Below are positions 38,501-50,500 of a stretch of DNA of 64,000 nt, in pieces. The number at the start of each line of letters is the position of its first letter. Within the stretch, counting starts at the first letter, position 1. The translations under genes were made by a program, and so were the position numbers. Source of the DNA: Macrostomum lignano (lineage: Eukaryota). A model generated the notes under the pieces. The model ran no database searches, had not been told where the DNA came from, and saw only the letters and a program-made list of their open reading frames with translations. The stretch is from contig NIVC01002783.1 of the NCBI GenBank assembly GCA_002269645.1, positions 1-64,000 on the forward strand, read 5' to 3'.

Positions 38501-41500
38501 GAGAGAAGGGAGAGGAGACGAGAGGAGAGGAGAGAAGGGAGAGAAGGGAGGGGAGAGGAGAGGAGAGGAGAGAAGGGAGAGAAGCTAGAGGGGAGAGGAG
38601 AGGAGAGAAGGGAGATAAGGGAGGGGAGAGGAGAGAAGGGAGATAAGGGAGGGGAGAGGAGAGAAGGGAGATAAGGGAGGGGAGAAGAGAGGAGAGAAGG
38701 GAGATAAGGGAGGGGAGAAGAGAGGAGAGAAGGGAGATAAGGGAGGGGAGAAGAGAGGAGAGAAGGGAGATAAGGGAGGGGAGAGGAGAGAAGGGAGATA
38801 AGGGAGGGGAGAGGAGAGAAGGGAGATAAGGGAGGGGAGAGGAGAGAAGGGAGATAAGGGAGGGGCGAGGAGAGAAGGGAGATAAGGGAGGGGAGAGGAG
38901 AGGAGAGAAGGGAGAGAAGGGAGGGGAGAGGAGAGGAGAGAAGGGAGATAAGGGAGGGGAGAAGAGAGGAGAGAAGGGAGATAAGGGAGGGGAGAGGAGA
39001 GGAGAGGAGAGAAGGGAGAAAAGGGAGGGGAGAGGAGAGGAGAGAAGGGAGAGAAGGGAGGGGAGAGGAGAGGAGAGAAGGGAGATAAGGGAGGGGAGAG
39101 GAGAGGAGAGAAGGGAGAGAAGGGAGGGGAGAGGAGAGGAGAGAAGGGAGATAAGGGAGGGGAGAGGAGAGAAGGGAGATAAGGGAGGGGAGAAGAGAGG
39201 AGAGAAGGGAGATAAGGGAGGGGAGAAGAGAGGAGAGAAGGGAGATAAGGGAGGGGAGAGGAGAGGAGAGGAGAGAAGGGAGAAAAGGGAGGGGAGAGGA
39301 GAGGAGAGAAGGGAGAGAAGGGAGGGGAGAGGAGAGAAGGGAGATAAGGGAGGGGAGAGGAGAGGAGAGGAGAGAAGGGAGAGGAGAGCAGAGAAGGGAG
39401 ATAAGAGAGGGGAGAGGAGAGAAGGGAGATAAGGGAGGGGAGAGGAGAGGGGAGAGAAGAGAAGGGCGAGAAGGGAGAGAAGGGAGAGGAGACGAGAGGA
39501 GAGGAGAGAAAGGAGAGAAGGGAGGGGAGAGGAGAGGAGAGGAGAGAAGGGAGAAGAGGGAGGGGAGAGGAGAGAAGGGAGATAAGGGAGGGGAGAGGAG
39601 AGGAGAAAAGAGAAAGGAGAGAAGGGAGGGGAGAGGAGAGGAGAGGAGAGAAGGGAGATAAGGGAGGGGAGAGGAGAGAAGGGAGATAAGGGAGGGGAGA
39701 GGAAAGAAGGGAAATAAGGGAGGGGAGAGGAGAGGAGAAAAGAGAAAGGAGAGAAGGGAGGGGAGAGGAGAGGAGAGGAGAGAAGGGAGAAAAGGGAGGG
39801 GAGAGGAGAGGAGAGGAGAGAAGGGAGATAAGGGAGGGGAGAGGAGAGAAGGGAGATAAGGGAGGGGAGAGGAGAGGAGAGAAGGGAGAGAAGGGAGGGG
39901 AGAGGAGAGGAGAGAAGGGAGATAAGGGAAAGGAGAGGAGAGAAGGGAGATAAGGGAGAGGAGAGGAGAGAAGGGAGATAAGGGAGGGGAGAGGAGAGAA
40001 GGGAGATAAGGGAGGGGAGAGGAGAGGGGAGAGAAGAGAAGGGCGAGAAGGGAGAGAAGGGAGAGGAGACGAGAGGAGAGGAGAGAAAGGAGAGAAGGGA
40101 GGGGAGAGGAGAGGAGAGGAGAGAAGGGAGAGAAGGGAGGGGAGAGGAGAGGAGAGGAGAGAAGGGAGAGAAGGGAGGGGAGAGAAGAGGAGAGGAGAGA
40201 AGAGAGAGAAGAGGAGAGTAGAGAGAAGAGAAGGGCGAGAAGGGAGAGAAAGGAGAGAAGGGAGAGAAGGGAGGAGAGAGGAGAGAAGGGAGAGAAGGGA
40301 GGGGAGAGGCTAGAGAAAAGAGAAGATATGAGATTAGAGAAAAGGGAGCTGAGAAAAGACAAGCCCTGAGCGGGCCGGATTGCTATTATGAAGTTTCAAA
40401 GGACCCGAGGGCCGGATAGAGAGGCTTCGCGGGCCGGAGTTCGCCAACCCCTGCACTAAGCCCCTGATGTCGCCCGGGTGACCAGGGTGTAAATTTTCTC
40501 CGACTTTCAAAACGTCAGGCTCCTGATGAACAGCAATGCATAGAGCTTGGCTTAACCAAGAACAGTAGCCCACTGAGAAAGAAAAAAAGAATAGCTATAC
40601 GCGCATAATTCTACTCATAGCGGTGCATTAAGACTTTTTTCATTATATTGTAAAAAGCTAAAAGCTAAATTCAGTTTATAGAGAACGCGAAATGAGCGGG
40701 GTGGGTAATTTTTCTGGCGGCGCAATTTCTGTTCCGCGGAGAAAGTTTTTTCTTGCATTGCCTCGAATTTTGAGCATCCACCACCCGCTCTGAGCTGGGA
40801 GGCGCTGGTGATAGCGGACTCCGCCACGACAGGATAACTTGCATCGCGAGTCGTCTCCGGCATTCCCTTGGGCGTCGTATTTCAGCGCTCAGCAGTTCGG
40901 GGTTGGGTGGAGGCCTGGTTGGAGTCGCGCGAAGCCAGGCTGCATTTAAAAGCCCGTCAATTATTGACACCGAGCTCGAGCACCCCTGAAAACCACTGGC
41001 CATGTTGCCCTGAGTATTATTCGTGTCTAGACAAAGGCATACAATTTATTTCGCTGAGTTCTTGACAGTTGAGCTGCCTGCTGGGCACGCATTGGAACAG
41101 AAGTAGGCAACTGTCAGCTGCAGTCGGTCTTACAAGTGGCATTGGACGCGATCACTAAAAAGCCCACGCACCGCGTTGAGTTGAGAATAGTTTTTGGCTG
41201 GGACACGCGGTCAAAACGACGCTCTTGGAGACCGTTGTGTCTAGGAAAACTTGCGAGAACTCACATGGACAAATATGGTAAGCGGAGCTTCAGTTTAATA
41301 AAAATTAGACTGCAATGTACAGTCAGGTTACCCTGAAAGTACGAACTTCTGCAAGCCGGCTGCTGAAAAAACCAATTTTCGCTTAGAAGAATCCTTAAAA
41401 GTATAATACGTGGAGCCACCGTGAATAGAGTACTTCATATATCTTTATTGATATGACGCCATCTTTATGACACCACTTAGTGCCTTAATCTGGAGCTCTC

Positions 41501-44500
41501 ACTCGCACGTCTTGAATGCGCATCCAGATGGAGTGAAAAACCTCTTGTTGGTTCACGCATCCAGATGAAGTGAAAAGCCTCTTGTTGGTTCACGCATCCA
41601 GATGGAGTGAAAAGCCTCTTGTTGGTTCACGCATCCAGATGGAGTGAAAAGCCTCTTGTTGGTTCACGCATCCAGATGGAGTGAAAAGCCTCTTGTTGGT
41701 TCACGCATCCAGATGAAGTGAAAAGCCTCTTGTTGGTTCACGTATCCAGATGGAGTGAAAAACCTCTTGTTGGTTCACGCATCCAGATGGAGTGAAAAGC
41801 CTCTTGTTGGTTCACGCATCCAGATGGAGTGAAAAGCCTCTTGTTGGTTCACGCATCCAGATGAAGTGAAAAGCCTCTTGTTGGTTCACGCATCCAGATG
41901 GAGTGAAAAGCCTCTTGTTAGTTCACGCATCCAGATGAAGTGAAAAGCCTCTTGTTGGTTCACGCATCCAGATGAAGTGAAAAGCCTCTTGTTGGTTCAC
42001 GCATCCAGATGAAGTGAAAAGCCTCTTGTTGGTTCACGCATCCAGATGGAGTGAAAAACCTCTTGTTGGTTCACGCATCCAGATGGAGCTAACAACCTCT
42101 TCTTGGTTAACGCATCCAGATGGAGCCAACAACCTCTTGTTGGTTCACGCATCCAGATGGAGCTAACAACCTCTTGTTGGTTCACGCATCCAGACGGAGC
42201 TAGCAACCTCTTGTTGGTTAACGCACCCAGATGGAGCTAACAACCTCTTGTTGGTTCACGCATCCAGATGGAGCTAGCAACCTCTTGTTGGTTCACGCAT
42301 CCAGATGGAGCTAACAACCTCTTCTTGGTTCACGCATCCAGATGGAGCCAACAACCTCTTGTTGGTTCACGCATCCAGATGGAGCTAGCAACCTCTTCTT
42401 GGTTCACGCATCCAGATGGAGCCAACAACCTCTTGTTGGTTCACGCATCCAGACGGAGCTAGCAACCTCTTGTTGGTTAACGCACCCAGATGGAGCTAAC
42501 AACCTCTTGTTGGTTAACGCACCCAGATGGAGCTAACAACCTCTTGTTGGTTAACGCACCCAGATGGAGCTAACAACCTCTTGTTGGTTAACGCACCCAG
42601 ATGGAGCTAACAACCTCTTGTTATTTCACGCAACTACTAGCGCGTAGATGGAGTTAAAAATCTTGTTTGTTCCAGCCCCACCGAGCCAGTAAATTTTTAC
42701 TCGTAGCAAAATTTTTAGCGAAAATCATATTTTTCGATGGTCTATTGCTGGATTTGAAAACAGGAAAACAGTTCTGCTCCAAGCACCCTGTTGGAGAACT
42801 AAGGTTGCTGAACTGTGTGTGTGTGTGTGGGTGTGTTTGCTAGAGGGTTAGAGTCAGCAATCTTGCAGAAACTTGATGTTGCGGATTAGCTCTCAACTTA
42901 ATCTGCTGCAGCTATGCAGCCAGTGCAGCCTATTCTATGTTGAGCTTTCCCTCGCTCAGCACTTCTCACTTTCTCTGCGTGAAGCTCGCTGCTCTAATTC
43001 AGCTCAGTTCATGCGCTGCCGATCAGAGAGAAACCAGCTGCCCCCGCAAGTATCTCTTTGATTTTGATTGACAGCTATGCGCCCCAGTTGAGTCCTGGCA
43101 GTTCAGCCAAGTGAATGCGAGATCTTCGATCCGTCTGAAGCGCCATTCTGCGCTTCCGCCTGCGCCAACAAAGAAGCAGCGGCAGAAAAGAAACTTTCTG
43201 AGTGCGAAATCAGCAGGTTTCAGCCTCTGCGCCTCATCTTTGCCAGGATAGTGAGGAGTTGCCATGCGGGCGGCCGCACAGAGGACAGAATGCCGGGGCG
43301 GGAGAGGGCTCGCATGGGGGAAAGTTCAGCTCACGTCGCCACTCAAGACTGGCTGTGAGGATCGGCAGGGGGTCGCCGATACCCCAGCCCCGGAGTAATT
43401 TAAGCATTAAGCCACTAAAACATACTGGGAAGGCTGGAATGAGCTTAGAGTGGCTCAGAGAGAACGGGGGCGGGTTGAGTCAATGCTGTCCTAGCAACAG
43501 CCATGATAGTGCTCTGGGATATGGAGCTCATGCTCAGAGTGAGTCGAAGTTGAAGCAGAGTTCCCTTCTTTACCATATAGCCGAAGTAGCTGCAGAGGAA
43601 ATCATTTTGCCCGCGTGGCCGGGGCATTTTTTAGAGACATTGTCAAAGCCCATACTTATCATTTCGTATGCTGCTTATTCCCTCTAATCCCCCCAACTCC
43701 CCCCCCCCGATTTGCAGTCGAATGAATCAGAATACAATGATCTATCTTATTAGAGTGGGCCAAACAGACTAACTCTGATATGAGATGCATTTCAATATTC
43801 CAGCAACTCCCGCCTCTCTTCTTTCAGAGCCGCGGTTGGGGGCGGTGGGGCAGTAAATTAATTGGTCCAACCTCATCAGCACTTGGGCAAAAAACCTCTT
43901 TCCCCCCATGGAGCATTAATTTCAGATGAATTGGTTCTGCAAATACGCGTATGTGGCTAAAAAGAGGAGGACAGACTGATGGGGACAGGTGAGTAAGTTT
44001 GCGCACACCCAGGGAACGCAGCTGAGTCCCCGTGTGACCTCCTCTTCCTCCACTGCGGCGGCAGCTGTTTCCAAAGGAAAAACAAGATCGCGTTTTTCTC
44101 CAACAATTATCTTTTTTTCTGCCCTCCCCCCTCTCTTGACGACCGCGACTTGCGTGAGCGCCCACTGGGCGGGGAGTGGGTTCCGCGGAGAGGAGCGCAG
44201 CAGTTTAGGATCACGTGACAGGAAATCGGAGCAATAGCGCGTTAGTGCAGGTGGGGAGGACGGTGGCCGCTCTGTGCCCGCTCCTCCGGACATAACTTCC
44301 CCCCCCCAGAATGGCTTGAGTCTTTGCCTCGCAACTCTCCCTTGTTCTGCCCCACCCATTTTTGGTCTCCCCTCCTCTCCACCTGAGCGATAGGGGAGTC
44401 AAATGCAAGGAAATCAAATTCCAGAAAAAATGGCTCTTCTGCCGCCCTGCTGCTGCTGCTGCTGCTACCGCTGGCGCACTTCAAGAAGAGACTCCACAGC

Positions 44501-47500
44501 AGCGGCAGTCCCGGCCTTCTCTGTCTCTCGCTTTCTCTCCCAGCCAACTGGGTGCCGAGGCGGCCGCCCCTGTCCTTCTCTCCCACCCAGCCATTCCGGC
44601 CACCCGGCAGATCCCCCTAAATCCTCTCAAAAGCAAGCACTAGCCAAGGCTGAGTCGATTCAGCCCAGGAGCAGCAGGCGAAGAACAGTTTAGAAGCATT
44701 TCTTCTTCTTTTTTCCGCCTAAAAAAGGAGTTAAGGACCCGTCTTCCTATACTCCAGTCACCGCCTCACGGGGAGGAGGCAAGTGTCACGGGCGACAAGG
44801 ATTTTCTTCCTGCATGCAAAGCATGGCCAGCGTTGAGCCAAGTGAGCCGTCACACCAGCAGGTGCCGGTCATGGGCCCCATGCGGGTCGGCAGCATGCGC
44901 AAGCAGCAGCAGGGCAGTCCGAGGGATTACGGTGAGTGAAGGGCGGCGAGAGAGCGGTCTCAGTCCGAGTTTGCTGTTGATTTTGAATATCAACGGGCTA
45001 TTCGTGATTTTCAACAGTCATTCACCTTTAGATCATCGCTGGTTTATCGCACCTTTGCGTATTGTCTCCTCAAAGTGTCTATTGCAATTAGCATTTGTCT
45101 ACTCCAGGTGTCTATCGCTATTAGCATTTGTCTACTCCAGGTGTCTATCGCTATTAGCATTTGTCTACTCAAGGTGTCTATCGCTATTAGTCACTTACTT
45201 CCTCAAAGTGTCTATCGCTATTAATCATTTGTCTACTCCAGGTGTCTATCGCTATTAGTCATTTGTCTACTCAAGGTGTCTATCGCTATTAGCATTTGTC
45301 TACTCCAGGTGTCTATCGCTATTAGTCATTTGTCTACTCCAGGTGTCTATCGCTATTAGCATTTGTCTACTCAAGGTGTCTATCGCTATTAGTCATTTGT
45401 CTACTCCAGGTGTCTATCGCTATTAGCATTTGTCTACTCCAGGTGTCTATCGCTATTAGTCATTTGTCTACTCCAGGTGTCTATCGCTATTAGCATTTGT
45501 CTACTCAAGGTGTCTATCGCTATTAGTCATTTGTCTACTCCAGGTGTCTATCGCTATTAGCATTTGTCTACTCCAGGTGTCTATCGCTATTAGCATTTGT
45601 CTACTCAAGGTGTCTATCGCTATTAGTCACTTACTTCCTCAAAGTGTCTATCGCTATTAATCATTTGTCTACTCCAGGTGTCTATCGCTATTAGCATTTG
45701 TCTACTCCAGGTGTCTATCGCTATTAGTCATTTGTCTACTCCAGGTGTCTATCGCTATTAGCATTTGTCTACTCCAGGTGTCTATCGCTATTAGTCATTT
45801 GTCTACTCCAGGTGTCTATCGCTATTAGTCATTTGTCTACTCCAGGTGTCTATCGCTATTAGTCATTTGTCTACTCCAGGTGTCTATCGCTATTAGCCAC
45901 TTATTTCCTCAAAGTGTCTACCACTCTTAGCCACTTGTCTCCTCAAGGTGTCTATCGCTATTAGCCATTTGTCTACTCCATGTGTCTATCGCTATTAGTC
46001 ATTTGTCTACTCCAGGTGTCTATCGCTATTAGCATTTGTCTACTCCAGGTGTCTATCGCTATTAGTCATTTGTCTACTCCAGGTGTCTATCGCTATTAGC
46101 ATTTGTCTACTCAAGGTGTCTATCGCTATTAGTCATTTGTCTACTCCAGGTGTCTATCGCTATTAGCATTTGTCTACTCCAGGTGTCTATCGCTATTAGC
46201 ATTTGTCTACTCAAGGTGTCTATCGCTATTAGTCACTTACTTCCTCAAAGTGTCTATCGCTATTAATCATTTGTCTACTCCAGGTGTCTATCGCTATTAG
46301 CATTTGTCTACTCCAGGTGTCTATCGCTATTAGTCATTTGTCTACTCCAGGTGTCTATCGCTATTAGCATTTGTCTACTCCAGGTGTCTATCGCTATTAG
46401 TCATTTGTCTACTCCAGGTGTCTATCGCTATTAGTCATTTGTCTACTCCAGGTGTCTATCGCTATTAGTCATTTGTCTACTCCAGGTGTCTATCGCTATT
46501 AGCCACTTATTTCCTCAAAGTGTCTACCACTCTTAGCCACTTGTCTCCTCAAGGTGTATATCGCTATTAGCCACTTGTCTTCTCAAGGTGTCTATCGCTA
46601 TTAGTCATTTGTCTACTCCAGGTGTCTATCGCTATTAGTCATTTGTCTACTCCAGGTGTCTATCGCTATTAGCATTTGTCTACTCCAGGTGTCTATCGCT
46701 ATTAGCCACTTATTTCCTCAAAGTGTCTACCACTCTTAGCCACTTGTCTCCTCAAGGTGTCTATCGCTATTAGCCACTTGTCTTCTCAAGGTGTCTATCG
46801 CTATTAGCCATTTGTCTTCTCAAGGTGTCTATCGCTATTAGTCATTTGTCTACACCTGACCCTACTTCAGCTCTCTCCCCTGAGTCAGGTTTGCTGAAAT
46901 ATAGTTAGTTCAAACCAGTCTGTGACAGGAAGATGCCAAAACAGTTCAGCATTGACTGCTAGATCTAGCTATCGAGATTGTAACAGCCAGCAGTTCAATT
47001 CACACTCACAGAGAGTGGTCCCTCCGATTCTTTTAGTGTTGATTGAGCCGTGAATTATTTAATCGGCCATTGGAGTTCCCTCTCTCTCTCTATCCCTCAT
47101 TTTCTGGATATCGCGCGGAGCAATGGGTTTTCTTGATCCCCCCAGCGACTGCCTCCGCTACAGTTGCGGCGAGATAAAAGGCTATGGGGAGAGAGCGGGA
47201 AGTGTCGCTGAAGTCGCCGACTTCGCCCGACCCCCTGTTGCTGCAAACTGTGCGAAGCCCCCTTGACGCAAAAACACGCTCTGTCACTGCACTCGCATTT
47301 TATAATGGAATATCAACAACTTCATTTTTGTTCGACCACGCTGAGCAGTGCTCAAGGGAGGGTTCCCGCTTGGCCGGGGCGTGCTATTCCCTGTTTACTT
47401 TCTTTGCATCAAAATTCTGTTTGAAGTTGGAACAGAATCTGCTTCAACTCCCGAATCTTCAACGCTTTTATCAGTGGCGCATGCGGGCATCTCTCCCAGT

Positions 47501-50500
47501 AGGTTCAAAACTCGGCTTCTAGCTGAAATTTGCTTTGGTTGCTGCTTTTAGTAGTGAATTAAGTGAATAAATTCAGTGGTGTAGCTCGGACCGAAGCTGA
47601 TTCTATTTAAGTCTATTAGTCAATTGGAACAGCTAATAAGGTTCTATGATCAGCCAATTAAAAGTTTATGATCAAGCAATAAACAGTTTATGATCAATCA
47701 ATAAACAGTATTTTTTCTAATCAATCAATAAACAGTTTAGGATCAATCAATTAACAGTTTATGACCAGTCAATAAACAGTTTATGATCAATCAAGATTAT
47801 GATGATTTATAATAAATCAATAAACAGCTTCGGATGAATCAATAAACAGCTTCGGATGAATCAATAAACAGCTTCGGATTAATCAATAAACAGTTTATGA
47901 TCAATCAATAAACAGTTTAGGATCAAGCAGTAAACAGTTTATGATCAATCAGTAAACAGTTTATGATCAATCAATAAACAGTTAAGGATCAAGCAGTAAA
48001 CAGTTTATGATCAATCAGTAAACAGTTTATGATCAGTCAATAAACAGTTTAAGATCAAGCAGTAAACAGTTTATGATCAATCAGTAAACAGTTTATGATC
48101 AGTCAATAAACAGTTTAAGATCAAGCAGTAAACAGTTTATGGTCAATCAATAAACAGTTTATGGTCAATCAATAAACATTTTAGGATCAAAAAATAAAAA
48201 GTTTATGATCAGTCAATAAACAGTTTAGGATTAATCAATAAACAGTTTATGATTAGTCAATAAACAGTTTAAGATCAAGCAGTAAACAGTTTATGGTCAA
48301 TCAGCAAAAAGTTTAGGATTAAGCAGTAAACAGTTTATGGTCAATCAGCAAACATTTTAGGATCAAGCAGTAAACAGTTTATGGTCAATCAATAAACATT
48401 TTAGGATAAAAAAATAAAAAGTTTATGATCAGTCAATAAACAGTTTAGGATCAGCCTATGCTCAGCCTAGAATCAATATGAAGCAAAGGACAACCAATTG
48501 TCACAACAAAAATCACCCCAGAGACTTATCGCACAGTGAAGCGTGCTCTCCCACTATCGATTTGCTCAGTAATTAATTGGCAGCCACGTATTTCGGCTGT
48601 GCAAGCACCGTCTCTCGGTTCAAGGCACTCTGCAACGATTGGCCCCACTTACTTTTGTTAGCACAACTGCTTTTCAAAGTGCCATCCAGCTGAAGAGGCA
48701 AAATGACTGGCACATTGGCCGGTGTCGTGTGCAATATAATCTTAGTTTTTCGATTTCCTATTGCTATTTCTATTTTCTATTACCACGTCTCTTCCACCCC
48801 TTCTCCCGTCTCCTCCGCCCCCTTCTTCCATCTCCTCCGCCCCCTTCTTCCATCTCCTCCGCCCCCTTCTTCCGTCTCCTCCGCCCCCTTCTACCGTCTC
48901 TTCCGCCCCTTCTCCCGTCTCCTCCGCCCCTTCTTCCGTCTCTTCCGCCCCCTCCCGCCTCTTCCGCCTCTTCTCCCGTCTCTTCCGATCCCTTCTCCCG
49001 TCTCTTCCGCCCCCATCTCCTGTCTCTTCCGCCCTTCCTCATTCTTCCGCCCCTTCTCTTGTCTCTTCCGCCCCCTCCTTCCATCTCTTTCCACCCTCCT
49101 TGCACCTTTTCTCCCTTCCATACTACTTAGTTATCAATAATAGGGAGCGAATTTATAGTTGATAATTTATAGTTGTATTGAGTTTCTACAGGGAAGTTTA
49201 TTAAATAGAATGTAGATGGGAGTTTCTACACCTGTTTTCACTTGTCGCTCGCAGCAGGTGTTGGGCTGCCAATCTGCCAGATCGCCTTAGCCTTAGCACT
49301 GGCCTTAGCTTCTTGGACCCAAGCCGTGGGCAAGCGAAATTGGATAAGGGATAGGGCCAGACCAGCTGTCCAATCATATGGCAACCTCATCGATTTGCCC
49401 AGAGTTCAATCCAAAGTCAGAGCGAGAAGTGCAGAAGCTAGTATAAATATGTGAGGCCCGCTCTCTAGAACAGCGAGCCTTCTAAAGTGACAAATACTAA
49501 ACGATAGAACAAATAAAGCTGCGAGACAATAATGCACGCCGCCGCCATGCGAAGTAGAGAGAAACCGCCAGCCACAGGACCTCTGAGTGATCCCAGTGAG
49601 CTCTTTGGGAAGCTTTATTACAGCTGAAGATAGACACACTTTTATGTGCTATTTAACTTGTATTTTATCTATTTTCTCCAGATAACTACATGTTAAAATC
49701 TGTAGATAGAGACAAACCGTTTTTAGTATAGTGGACTAGCACACTCCCCCCTTTGGGGGTTGGCCTTAATGAAATCTTGACGTTGCAAATATTATTTAAA
49801 ATTATATCACTGCGCTAAAAATAGCTAGAGAGCACTTTAATAAAGCTACAAAATTATTCACAATGGTACGATTGGAAAAAGATTAGATGGACACATATAA
49901 ATACGAGTATACTGGGACAGACAGACAGACAGACAGACTAAGACGGCACGAAGATACGACTACTTTCAAATGCTTATAGTTCAATCCTAACGGAACAAAA
50001 TTCCCGAGACTTATTAACACGGGAACAGTGCCTATAATACCCCATCTCTCCATTGCCCACCGCAGGCCAGCAGCGGGACTCCCAGGGCATGGGATTCTGC
50101 GGTGGCGTCCTCATCATCCTGTCGTACGCGCTCATTGTGGTGACTCTACCGCTGTCATTGTGCCTCTGCATCAAGGTAAGCACAAACTAATAAGACTTCC
50201 AATTTAGCTCTATAAATAGCTTAGAAACATATTATGATTTTATTGAACCGAGATACTGAGTGAGTGTTAAAGGAATTCGTGGGCTATATGAAAATTAACT
50301 GTCTGGGTTTGGTTTCAATTAAATTTTCAATATCAGATAATCAGCGAAACGATTCCTAAAAGCCGATAGCACTGAAAGCTTGTTATGGTTGGGGCAGGTG
50401 CTGGCAGCCCACAGATGGACTGGGGAGGTGCTGGCAACACACAGATGGACTGAGGAGGTGCTGGCAACCCACAAACGAATTGGAAAATGTGCTGGCAACC

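Noticed and set aside
37651-40362. 903-aa Leu/Ser/Pro ORF
   Set aside because: Antisense reading of a homopurine tract, which cannot contain stops on that strand.
41515-42625. CRISPR-like appearance of the 37-bp array (also the 32-bp array at 31.5-33.6 kb)
   Set aside because: Units are head-to-tail with no unique spacers, there are no cas genes, and the context is eukaryotic.
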